Below, in pieces: positions 26,944 to 37,920 of a stretch of 64,000 bases of DNA. This DNA is from Chlorokybus atmophyticus (lineage: Eukaryota; Plantae; Mesostigma and Chlorokybus algae): positions 1,340,916 to 1,404,915 of the forward strand of contig RHPI01001037.1 of NCBI GenBank assembly GCA_009103225.1, read 5' to 3'. Position 1 is the first letter of the stretch. Each line of letters begins with the position of its first letter. The notes below the pieces were generated by a model. It was not told where the DNA came from. It saw only the letters and a program-made list of their open reading frames with translations, and did no database searches. Both the position numbers and the translations under genes were made by a program.

Positions 26944-29734
26944 TCAGGCAACGGACTCAGTGACAATTGCTTGGCTTGTGGTTGCCGGCATCGCGCAAAG
27001 CGTGTCAAAGTCCTGGTTCATATATGGTGCAGCGATCTCATCCTGTAGATGAAGCTGATATGAGATTCAACCATGACAGCACAACGAAAGCGACAATAAG
27101 TGACCACAGTGAATGTCTTACCAGGAAGAACTGAAGATCACAATCTGGGCCTCCACATGCCTGCGACACGTTGATGAATGCTTGTCAATGCAAGCATCCT
27201 CAACGCAGCAATGCGTAAGCGGTAACAATGATATATTGCTGCACGACTGCCAAGCATTACCGGAATCTCCACAGGTTGCTCATTGTGGAATGCTCGCAGT
27301 ATAAACCGCGCTTCTGAGCCATCCTCTGCAGCACAGCGGTACAGCACCAGCGCAACATTGCCAGCAAAGGGCGATACCAAAGCTCCACGAAACTTGCGCT
27401 GTGCTATAGCTGCCTGCCCTTCAGGTGACAGCACGTCCGGCATGTCTCGAAGAGCCTCTGTAGAGTCGGTATGAACGCGAATGATGAAGATGTTACACAG
27501 CCCAATCCCATGCGTGACGAGAACTACGTTGAAGTAGTAGTAAGCACTTACTGAAACACATTTGCTCTGGGCTGCAGCTGCAGTGATCCTTGCAGTCGGC
27601 GTGTACAACATGGCAGGGACAGTCGTGAGGTGCATCGCTACCATACACGTTGTGTTCGGGGTCTTCACGGAACAGCCCAAGGGCACAGGTCAAGGGCAGG
27701 AGCACCTCTGCATGTGCAATCTGCAACACGAAGTTGATTAGGCCATCAAAAGTGTTAAACACACAGAAGTCATCATGGCGGATATGCAGTCTATATAAAA
27801 CCTGTATCCGAGCACGCTCCACACCAGGCAGTGCTTCGGTAGTTCGGGCATGAGCCATGGCTGCAACCTGTGCTGCTGTGGCTAAATCATCCACAAGGAG
27901 AGCTGCCATCTGTACCAACATTGTCCTCAGACAAATCAGAACAGAAACGTCTGCATACAGTCATTAACTATGCACCTTACCTGATAGTTCAACGGGGTGC
28001 CATAAGCTTTGAGCCGGTACGTCTCGACGTCGTCTTGAAACTCCAAAGCCAAAATCTCTTCTTTTGTAAAGAGACCGCACGCCCTGTCCGTGACATCTTG
28101 CAGAGCTGCCTCAGTCTTACAGAGCATCCACAAAGCATCAACATTGTCGGGCTTCAACTGCAGATCATATCTGGCGGCCAAGCGGTCTCCCACCGCTGCC
28201 AGCACACGTTGCCTTGCGGGTTTCAACTGTGAGGTGACCTTTTCCTTGACTGCTTGATAAGCAGGGCAGTTTTTATGAAACCGTAGACGCCGATCCACGT
28301 TCTTGGACTCTGATGAAACAGCAAACGCGCGATGTCTGCCTGGCCCTAAAGTCCCTTGACCTTCATATAAACCTAACCCAAAAGCTGTGGCACTCGCCGA
28401 TGCCCTTGACACCTACACACAGATGCACGCACACGCACATACAACCACACGCTTATTAACTGTTGCAATGTGTATGCCCCAGGCTAGCAGCATCATCACT
28501 GACTGTAACAGCACAAGTTAAGCAGTAAGCCAAGCAAACAGGTGTTACAAACCTGTGATGCACGAAGCATATGTGTGAGCGGATTGTACGCGATCTTCAG
28601 CAGCTGCGGGTACCGTTCACGCCAGCGGAAACCTATGTCGTGCATCTCCTCCTCCCCATGCTGGTGCAGCTGGCCAGCGAGCCATGTCACATTCTCCCAT
28701 GGTGAGTGCCATTCCTTCAACCACTCCGGGAATTTCGAGCTCACGCTGTCGAGTCCTTGTGTTTGCGCTTGCAACTCCTTGGCAAGCACTTGGATAGCCC
28801 GAAGCTTCTTCAGTGTGGGATACCTTGTGCCATGCCTTGCAACCTGTACGAACGCGCAGGTGGATGCAGACTGAAACCGGAGTATGAAGAGCAGCAACCC
28901 AAGCGATAACACAACGGCCCTCGCATGACCACACTCGCTGCACTTGATGCCTGTGTGCGTGCGTGTGTGCCTGTATGTAATACTACCCACTGCCAGTGAT
29001 GTCATACACGCTCATGCAACCATGTACAAACAGGATGCAAGCACACGCACTTGCCATACCAGGTTTATGTGAACAGGGGAACACGTTGCTGGTACAGGTG
29101 GTAATGCTGTTTTGTTCTGTGCTGCGACTGCTGCGGAATACCTGCACCAGACATGCACCACAATCTCTCAATCACGCACGCACAAGGGCACATCGCACTA
29201 CAGACTCTCCAAAATAAACAACATGCTCTTCTTAAACTGGTCGTGCACTTCAGATCTGTGGTTGCATGCAGTGTGGACGCACCAGCCCCTTCCAGCACAC
29301 GCACCGTGTGAATGTTGAGCAGTGCTGTCGGACATCAGAAGTGTCCGTCTCATCAAGAAGCGCACGCTTGCTCACGAGACCGCCATAAAAGCCCAAGCAC
29401 AATCCCGCAATCGCTATCGCTATTGCTCCAGCGATAGCCAAGCCAGACGAGCTGACAGCGCTGGACTTGCCGGCATTGCTATGCTTGCCATCACCAACCT
29501 AAAAAGTGTGAGGTGCACGACAATGACCTCCAACTAAAAATCAAGCGCATGTTGGGAAGTGACCTCAAAGTGATATCCCATGCATAATGTGAAGCACATT
29601 AATGCTGCTGAAGCATGGCCACACGTGGATGTGAACATGAGTACAACAATAAACTCTAGTCAATACTGCTGGTCAAGTCAGCTTGACCCGCAGTACTCAC
29701 TCACCACATCTGATTGTTTTGCTGCTCCTGACAT
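26944..29734 (-). CDS. MINPP1: Multiple inositol polyphosphate phosphatase 1-like histidine acid phosphatase with N-terminal signal/anchor; first exon 29734-29705, second starts at 29498, last 27042-26944
   Basis: Catalytic RHGTRYP; SRASASATAFGLGL; RLRFHKNC; LCKTEAAL; IAHAEVLLPLTCALGLF; SPFAGNVALVLYRC; hydrophobic AIAGAIAIAIAGLCLGFYGGLV. The exon at 29498 has an in-frame stop upstream and no in-frame ATG, so it needs the 10-codon exon MSGAAKQSDV. Confidence 0.9.
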
Positions 29735-29736
29735 TG

Positions 29737-30386
29737 CTACGCGCCCTGCTGGTGGCTGCCAACCACATGGAAAGCGTCAAAGTGTGGCTGTCGCAGTTGC
29801 TCCAGCTGCTTGTAGCCCCGCCGCAAAAGGTACTCAATGTACAGATAGTCCTTGCGATCAACCTGCAAGCAGCAATCGGGTCTCTAGACAGCTGTGCGCA
29901 TGCGGCGGGCTGCTGGAATGAACACGCAATGCACAGCAGCACAGCACCAGAGCACACGCATGCTGCCTTAAACTAAAATGAAGTTGAATTGACAGTGCCT
30001 GCATATGCGCTTGGTGAAGCTGACAGCATGTGCCAAGCGTATGGGTAAGAGACTCGCGCATGTTCACAGCCAACCCTCAAACTGTGAAATCTTCCAGTGT
30101 TGCGAGCGCGCAGCTGTAGAATGCGACCTCACTAACATGCTGTTCATCCCACAGCGAGGAGTCTCCAATACATTGGCTGTGTGTTTAATCAGCACTCGAG
30201 CAGCAAAGCTGTTGAACAAAGCAGCAATCACACAGCCACCTTGGCGTGGAGGTGGAACTGCTGGCGTGCGAACCCTTCAACTTGCGTGCGGACGGCGGGT
30301 TCCTTTTCCCTGGCTGCTCGAATGACGTTGCGGTAGAGGGTCAGCACCTGACTCTGCAGGCCGGACAGCCTTCTCTTCGCGCCCAT
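29737..30386 (-). CDS. SDHAF1: LYR-motif succinate dehydrogenase assembly factor 1; exons 30386-30240 and 29862-29737
   Basis: MGAKRRLSGLQSQVLTLYRNVIRAAREK...FHLHAK|VDRKDYLYIEYLLRRGYKQLEQL, matching the SDHAF1 pattern LSGLQ.QVL.LYR...R...IE.LLRRG..QL. Confidence 0.9.
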
Positions 30387-31387
30387 GCGACGGCCATGCG
30401 ACGGAGCACAACTGAAATGGTGACTGCGAGAACTGACGGAGTCCACACCCTACTCTCTGTACTGCGCTACCGCTTGCTCTCTCCCCTCCCGTAAAACAAT
30501 AAGCACGCCCTGGAAGCTGCCGAGCACACTGCCGTCACCGCCGCCACCGCCGCTGTGCAACTGCAGCTGCGCCACTACGATCGCGCCGCTGAATCTCAAG
30601 CTTACGTGTGCCTTGCCAGTGTACTTTGCCACGGATGCAGTTTAGCCGATACCTAAGGTGTCTTTAACACTCAGGGTGTCTTAAACACAATCCAGCAGTG
30701 CTCAATACCAGACTTGTATTTCGCATAAACAACATAGCCTACACTGTATAGGCTTACTGGTATCTGTAGCCCAGATGCAAAAGTATGATGATACACACAT
30801 GCAGTACATTGCTGACATGTACATCCTAAAGCAATACATGTGTATGAACATGTGTTGCATATGTGGACTTAAACGTAAACATTGCTCATAATAACGCTTA
30901 TAGTAACTTACGATCCTTGTTAATTTTAGCAAATAAAAAAACAGTCAATTCACAATCATCACGATCAGAAGCAACAATCGACAAAACCTACGTTGCAATT
31001 GTATAACACACAACAGTTTGATTCGATTACATAATAAATAGGATGACATTCAACTCAAAATTAACTTAGGTGCTGAAATTGTACGCAGGTAGCGCATATC
31101 ATGCGCTATGCGTTTCAAACAGGCGCACGGTGCGTAGAAACTTGACGAGTTTGTAAAAATCGTGTAGTCATAAAAACTTTAAAGCATTGCTCATCAAATA
31201 ATATACTTCGCCAATAATTATTTGAATAAGGCCTTAAACTGCATACACTTGCCATTTCAAACCTCAAACTCACGCATGTGTGTCAATAGATAGCTGCACA
31301 TTTGCTTTTAAGCTCAATTATTAAATACAATGCAACAGCAACAACTTGACCTGAAGACGATAATAATGATGCATCACTCTCATCCAT

Positions 31388-32362
31388 TGTAACGATACCA
31401 CTCACTTACTTGCTGGGCGGCTTGGCAAACTTATGCACAAGCACAAGGACTTACTACTGGAAGCCCTACCAGCGTCACTGGTGCAGTACCTTGCAGAGGA
31501 AGTCACAGCACCGCACCAAGGAAGGAGAGGATGACACCAACCTCTCTACTCAGCTCCCACACACTCACACACTCAAGCACACCTCACACACATGTGCAAA
31601 GCTGCCACGAACATCACACCCCACATGGGATGAGAGGGAGAGCCCCTTGAACAACTAAACTAGGCGCCCCACACACAAGAGTCGAGTATGCACATGCTGA
31701 GCTGCCTCAACACATGTTGAGGCCGTTCATATACCCTCTCTTTGCTGCTCTCCGACCCAGAACATCCAAGTCCAAGGCTACATGCCTTGTCATGGCTGCG
31801 TTGACCACAACTCATGTCTAGGGCTGCCACATCAGCCCATGGACCTCTTTCAACGCCCAAGACTTACACATCAGCCTCGGACATCACACACATCATCATT
31901 TGACGTTGTGAACGTCCTTGGCTGGTCACATCAGCCTAGGACATCATACTCATGCATACATATGCATCCTTATGCATACATATGCGCGCATATGCACACA
32001 TATGTGCGTGCATGCATATACATGCATACATCTAGTACATACCTCTCATGCACGCATATGCACTTATATGCGTACATGTGCACACATATGCAAACACATG
32101 CATACACATGCGGACATATGCACACATATGTCTCTGTACATCACATGATGTCTCATCGGCTATGATCAGCCCTGTGCTTGCCATCATGCCTTGTGTAGTT
32201 CATCATGCTCAAGGCCGCACATGCTCTAGAGCAGACGTACATGAGAGCACACCCACAAGCACTACACACGCTTGCGTAATATGGGTCCCCATTTGGTCTC
32301 ATCTTACTTACCACATAAGTAAGGGTCAGAGAATGACTTTTGCCTGCCTTGTGGGCGTGACA
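31388..32362 (-). repeat. 3' LTR (975 bp)
   Basis: Near-identical to 35866-36882. Confidence 0.95.
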
Positions 32363-32614
32363 TTCCTCCCCACTTGCATTGCAACGACCGCGTTGCAAAA
32401 GGGTGGGACACTAGTCCTGCACAAACCGCAGCCAGGCTGGCGAGGCCCAACTGAGTGGCAGTGCTTCACGTGAAACTGGTGCAAGTCGTGGGAGTGACAA
32501 CCAACTCTGATACTGTGTACCAGTGCATGCGGGGTTGGTATGTCACATGAAGATGCTGTGGGCATGTGCACATGCTCATACACGCTGAGCACTAGTAGCT
32601 CTGAGCACACGCTC

Positions 32615-33142
32615 TCAAGTGGCACCTGTGGATTTGAGCTCATTCTCAAACTCCTCCAACAAGGCAGCACAGTTTGCCAAGTTGGTTTTCGGCTCCCAGG
32701 TGTTATGCTCTTCGCCATAACCAAGCCACTTCACCAAGTACTGGATCCGAAAGTTCTTCTTGTACTTTAGGAACCGTTTGCCAACAATGGCCTCGACCTC
32801 ATATTCGAGATCGCCCTCAACCTCAACTGGAGGGGGAGGGGGTTGTACTGGACCGTCACTCTTGTACTGTTTCAGCAGTGCTACATGAAACACATCATGT
32901 ACTCGCATGCTCTTCGGCAAGTCAAGCCGAAAGGCACGGTCACCAACACTGTCCGTGATGCGGAATGGACCCAGCCATCTTGGTAGCAACTTGCGTACCC
33001 CGCTTGTTTTGAGTCGAATGTTCTTCGAGCTCAACAACACTTGATCTCCAACTTGGAGCTCATCTCCAGGCCTACGTTGCCTGTTGGCATACATCTTTTG
33101 CCTGTCTTGTGCTGCTCTCAAGCAATCTTTTGCATGTGCCAA
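32615..33142 (-). CDS. Integrase C-terminus (GPY/F module) plus chromodomain
   Basis: KLLPRWLGPFRI...VHDVFHVALLK; YEVEAIVGKR...QYLVKWLGYGEEHNTWEP. Confidence 0.92.
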   Translation of the reverse strand: MAHAKDCLRAAQDRQKMYANRQRRPGDELQVGDQVLLSSKNIRLKTSGVRKLLPRWLGPFRITDSVGDRAFRLDLPKSMRVHDVFHVALLKQYKSDGPVQPPPPPVEVEGDLEYEVEAIVGKRFLKYKKNFRIQYLVKWLGYGEEHNTWEPKTNLANCAALLEEFENELKSTGAT

Positions 33143-33157
33143 CGAGGCATGAATGCT

Positions 33158-33688
33158 CTATGTGAAGTCTCTAGCCATCGGCACTTTGCTGAATGGCTCG
33201 ACATTCAGAGACATGGGTGTCAACACATGACGACCGTAGTTCAGATAGAAAGGAGTGCTTCTTAGCGACTCATGCCATGCATTGTTCACAGCGAACTCAG
33301 CAAGTGGCAGGTACACATCCCAATCTCTGTGACCACCTCCACACGACCTTTCACGCAACAGATTAGTGAGAGGGGCAACACGCGATGAGTAACCCAGAAT
33401 GTACTTGCGGAAGTGGTTGCTCAAGCCTAAGAATGCGCGCAGCTCGTGCACATTCTTGGGACTAGGCCAATCCTTGACCTTGGCAACCTTCCTTGGGTCA
33501 GGGCGCACGCCCTCCTTGCTCACAATGTGCCCGAGGAACTCTAGTTCCTTCTTGCCAAACTCGCACTTGGGCATGTAAGCATAGAAACGGTGCGCACGCA
33601 GCGTTTCCAACACCTCGCGCACTTGCGCGACGTGCATGTTAGCATCCTTGCTGAACACAAGTATATCATCAAGATATACAAGCATCAT
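33158..33688 (-). pseudogene. RT C-terminal half fused by deletion to distal integrase
   Basis: VYLDDIL...KCEFGKKELEFLGHIVS...LRAFLGLSNHFRKYI...APLTNLLRE jumps directly to RDWDVYLPLAEFAVNNAWHESLRSTPFYLNYG; RNase H and the integrase HHCC/DDE core are missing. Confidence 0.88.
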
Positions 33689-33739
33689 AGTTTAAAAGGT
33701 GGCTGGCGCATTCGTCAGACCACAAGGCAGCACTTTATA

Positions 33740-35509
33740 CTAAAAGTGTCCCACAGGCGTTTTGAACGCTGTCTTGGGCACATCTTCCGGTGAAATCTGA
33801 TGGTACCCAGTGATGAGATCCAAGGAGCTGAACACTGAGGCACCGCTCAGTTGATCAAGCAAATCATCTATCCTTGGCAGCGGATACCTGTTCTTGATGG
33901 TCAGCTTGTTCAAGGCCCTATAGTCTACGCACATGCGTAGCCTGCCGTCCTTCTTAGGTACGAAAAGAATGGGTGCTCCGAAAGAAAAGCTACTTGGCTC
34001 AATCAATCCCTTCTCAAGCAAGGCCTTGATCTGCCCCTCCATGTCCGCATACTCTGCTGGACTCAGTTTATACACAGGTCTGAACGGAGGCTGCGCATCA
34101 GACTCTAGAGGGATCGTATGCCAGACGTCCCTCTCAGGTGGCAATGCAGGCAGTTCAGCTTGAAACACATCAGAAAATTCAGACAACAGACCTTCAAGGG
34201 TCGTGTCTGGTGGCTTGCCACCGGTCTCACCAACTGAGGTGGAAGTGTCGTCGTTGCCGACTGGCCGGACGAGCACTAGAAGAGGTTGAGCTCCATGGTG
34301 AACAGCCCTCTTCACCTGCATGGCACTCAATAAAGAACATAAGACATCTGTACTTGATGCATCATCAACAGAGCTAACAGTGAGCGCAACATTGTGCCCA
34401 TCTGCATGCAAGGTCACACGACCTCGACCTTTGCGAACACTGCAAAGTTTTGTGTCCGCATCTGTGCGTAAGCCACATGCTTGCTCCCAGTGGCTGCCAA
34501 CAATGACATCCACACCTGGCACCTCTACTGGAATGACCAAGAACTTGAGCTGAGCATGATAGCCTTGCATACGCACAGTCAAGCGTACAACTCCCCGCAC
34601 GGGGATCTCAAGCTTGTTCAAGGCAACAACCGTGTCATCACACTTGCTGACACGAATGCTTAAGCGTCGCACAAGAGATTCACTCACGAAGTTCTCAGGT
34701 GTGCCCATGTCTATCATCAAGATGCACGGCACATGCGCAACAGAAGCCTTGAACAACCAAGTCAAGTTCAGAGTACTTACCTCATGGATGGCAGGGGGGT
34801 CATACAACACACGCATCTGCCCCTTACCTAGCTTGACCTCTCCCAGGACCTGCATGACTTTAACAAAGCGGGTCCACAACCCAGGACGCTTGGGTACAAC
34901 CACGCATGCACTTGTGTTGTGCGCACTCTTGCTCTTGCAATCCACATAGTGCTTGAGCATGTTTGACAGCTCGTCAACAGGTGCATTAAGCAAGAGACAC
35001 TTGCCCGCACAGTCGTGCTGCATGCATTGAGTATCTACCTGTACACCCAACTCGTTCTCCCACACAGCGACATTACGTGGTTGGGGAAGGCGTGACATCA
35101 AGTCACTGAAAGCACATTGCGTATCAACGTCCACAGAGCAACTAGCCATTGGCAATCCCTGATGTATACATGGGTTCTTGCTCTCTTCATGTCCCTCATA
35201 CATGAGAGCATGGCCCCGAGCAGCATCAGCTTCAGCTTCACAGAGCTGTGCTTCACGGCTAAGCTTACGCTCTCGGTGGTTCTGTACAATTGCATCAACA
35301 GATGCACCAACATGTCCTTTACTTGGGATTGCACAGTCAACGATGTCACTTGACCGTTGCCATTGAGCTATGTTGGCCTCGTGTTGTTGCTGTAACTCTG
35401 TTACCTGCTCACACAACGTGGCAACCAAAGTGGTAAGCTGTCGAGTGGTCTTAGCGACATCATGGCTCCAAGATACCTCCTCTCTTGCTGTATGCTCTTG
35501 CTCAGCCAT
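33740..35509 (-). CDS. Truncated gag-like N-terminus, Dam-like segment, aspartic protease and RT N-terminal half
   Basis: Degenerate protease [15 protein letters not shown] motifs PFRPVYKLS...[60 protein letters not shown]; the frame breaks after GHF. Confidence 0.88.
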   Translation of the reverse strand: MAEQEHTAREEVSWSHDVAKTTRQLTTLVATLCEQVTELQQQHEANIAQWQRSSDIVDCAIPSKGHVGASVDAIVQNHRERKLSREAQLCEAEADAARGHALMYEGHEESKNPCIHQGLPMASCSVDVDTQCAFSDLMSRLPQPRNVAVWENELGVQVDTQCMQHDCAGKCLLLNAPVDELSNMLKHYVDCKSKSAHNTSACVVVPKRPGLWTRFVKVMQVLGEVKLGKGQMRVLYDPPAIHEVSTLNLTWLFKASVAHVPCILMIDMGTPENFVSESLVRRLSIRVSKCDDTVVALNKLEIPVRGVVRLTVRMQGYHAQLKFLVIPVEVPGVDVIVGSHWEQACGLRTDADTKLCSVRKGRGRVTLHADGHNVALTVSSVDDASSTDVLCSLLSAMQVKRAVHHGAQPLLVLVRPVGNDDTSTSVGETGGKPPDTTLEGLLSEFSDVFQAELPALPPERDVWHTIPLESDAQPPFRPVYKLSPAEYADMEGQIKALLEKGLIEPSSFSFGAPILFVPKKDGRLRMCVDYRALNKLTIKNRYPLPRIDDLLDQLSGASVFSSLDLITGYHQISPEDVPKTAFKTPVGHF

Positions 35510-35865
35510 TTCCACAAAGGTTAGGGCCAACACCACAAAGTGAGGTCCCTGTAACAGATGCACTCACGCGCACACGCGCGCACACACGCGCACACGCGCA
35601 GCTGGTGCAGCAACAAGCCAATGCGTGTGTAATGCTGTGTATGTGCAGCAAGAACACACAACTAATGCTCAAATCAGCGTGTAGAACGACCCACACCGTG
35701 CATGCAAGTGTGCACGCAGCTGGACGCACCAACTAGCATGCACAATCAGCTCAAAACCCTGCCATTTAGTGCGTGCAAGCAAAGAATGCAATGCACGCAC
35801 GGTGCAGCAAGTGCATGAGCTGATGGGCAAGCATGCAAGGCTTGGAATGCAAGCTCCGAGTCCAA

Positions 35866-36882
35866 TGTAACGATACCACTCACTTACTTGCTGGGCGGCT
35901 TGGCAAACTTATGCACAAGCACAAGGACTTACTACTGGAAGCCCTACCAGCGTCACTGGTGCAGTACCTTGCAGAGGAAGTCACAGCACCGCACCAAGGA
36001 AGGAGAGGATGACACCAACCTCTCTACTCAGCTCCCACACACTCACACACTCAAGCACACCTCACACACATGTGCAAAGCTGCCACGGACATCACACCCC
36101 ACATGGGATGAGAGGGAGAGCCCCTTGAACAACTAAACTAGGCACCCCACACACAAGAGTCGAGTATGCACATGCTGAGCTGCCTCAACACATGTTGAGG
36201 CCGTTCATATACCCTCTCTTTGCTGCTCTCCGACCTAGAACATCCAAGTCCAAGGCTACATGCCTTGTCATGGCTGCGTTGACCACAACTCATGTCTAGG
36301 GCTGCCACATCAGCCCTTGGACCTCTTTCAACGCCCAAGACTGATCACACATCAGCCTCGGACATTGTAAACGTCCCTAGGTTGGTCACATCAGCCTAGG
36401 ACATCACACACATCATCCTTGGACGTTGTGAACGTCTTTGGCTGGTCACATCAGCCTAGGACATCATACTCATGCATACATATGCATCCTTATGCATACA
36501 TATGCGCGCATATGCACACATATGCGCATGCATGCATATACATGCATACATCTAATACATACCTCTCATGCACGCATATGCACTCATATGCGTACATGTG
36601 CACACATATGCAAACACATGCATACACATGCGGACATATACACACATATGTCTCTGTACATCACATGATGTCTCATCGGCTATAATCAGCCCTGTGCTTG
36701 CCATCATGCCTTGTGTAGTTCATCATGCTCAAGGCCGCACATGCTCTAGAGCAGACCTATATGAGAGCACACCCACAAGCACTACACACGCTTGCGTAGT
36801 TTGGGTCCCCACTTGGTCTCATCTTACTTACCACATAAGTAAGGGACAGAGAATGACTTTTGCCTGCCCTGTGGGCGTGACA
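35866..36882 (-). repeat. 5' LTR (1017 bp)
   Basis: Near-identical to 31388-32362, with one extra 39-bp internal unit. Confidence 0.95.
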
Positions 36883-37797
36883 TCCATGATGCGTGAGATA
36901 ATGGCCATCATTTTTTTAACATCATGTACACAATATTTATCATCGTGCAAATGCAAGCATTGTGCAGCATTGAATAACGATCATTGCACAAGAGGTGCAT
37001 GTTACCGCTCACATGCAATGCAGCACGCATGCTGCGCCTTGCGGGATGCCACGCGCAACATGCACGCAATAAGTAGTGTTTTAATTGGCGGTCTTAATAG
37101 GCATGTGGCTCTTATGTATTTGCTCGATAGCTTTACACAAGATAATGATGAACCCTTTAAAAAAAAAAAACATTTACACAATTTGATTGATAAAGCCACA
37201 AAACAACCCAAAAACTAATCACATGCACATCGTACTGATGCTTGCACAACCTGTTGGCTTTATAACTTCACATGTTGTGGAGCAAATGTGGCATCCGATT
37301 GAATGCTTCGCAGAAACACGAGTTGCTGCATTTTAGCCTGACCATCACAATTGCGACCACTGCAATTGCGCATTGCCTCTACCGGCCATGGCCAATGGTG
37401 CAGTCAGGGCTGCGCATCGCCGTTGAGCGCGTTGGGCGCACAGATTTTGAAATTCCGGCTCGGCGGGAGAGGCGAGCGACGGCGGCGACGGTGGTGGCGG
37501 CGGCTGGGTGGGCGAGCTGGACGGCGTGGCCGGGTGTGTAGGGTGGCTTGGGATTGAATTTGACGGTAGCCACGTGTAGGGGTTGCCTTGCCGTCGGCTT
37601 TGGGTGCAGGAGAGAGAGGGTCGTTGCCTCTTGTGTCCAGGGGCAGGGGCCGGGCATGAGGCGGAGGAGAGGCGCAGGCATGAGGACCAGGGCACCGCCG
37701 CCTGCTGCCTGTCGTTGTGGACAGTGGCAGACGGCGTGTTAGCTGGGGGAAGCAGAGAGCCTTCCACGGACAACGGGCGGCTTGTGCTTCGGGGGTT

Positions 37798-37806
37798 TTA
37801 GGGTTT
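37798..37806. promoter_or_regulatory. Telo-box motif just upstream of the HMG/AT-hook ATG
   Basis: TTAGGGTTT. Confidence 0.45.
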
Positions 37807-37811
37807 TTGAC

Positions 37812-37889
37812 ATGGCTGACAGCAGCGGGCAAATGGGTGAGTACCATCAGGAGCACTACCATCAACAGCAGGAGGACGGTGCTGCCGCT

Positions 37890-37920
<31 letters not shown>

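Larger units (their letters stand above)
31388..36882 (-). mobile_element. Ty3/Gypsy chromovirus LTR retrotransposon, internally deleted (non-autonomous), TSD TCCAT
   Basis: Paired LTRs with TG...CA ends. TCCAT flanks both sides (31383-31387, 36883-36887). PBS-like TGGACTCGGAGC follows the 5' LTR (an imperfect match to the tRNA-iMet PBS TGGTATCAGAGC), and PPT GGGGAGGAA precedes the 3' LTR. Domain order is PR-RT-IN-chromodomain. Confidence 0.96.

Noticed and set aside
31410-32473. ORFs in the LTRs, duplicated at 35888-37218
   Set aside because: They are translations of LTR low-complexity repeats, not genes
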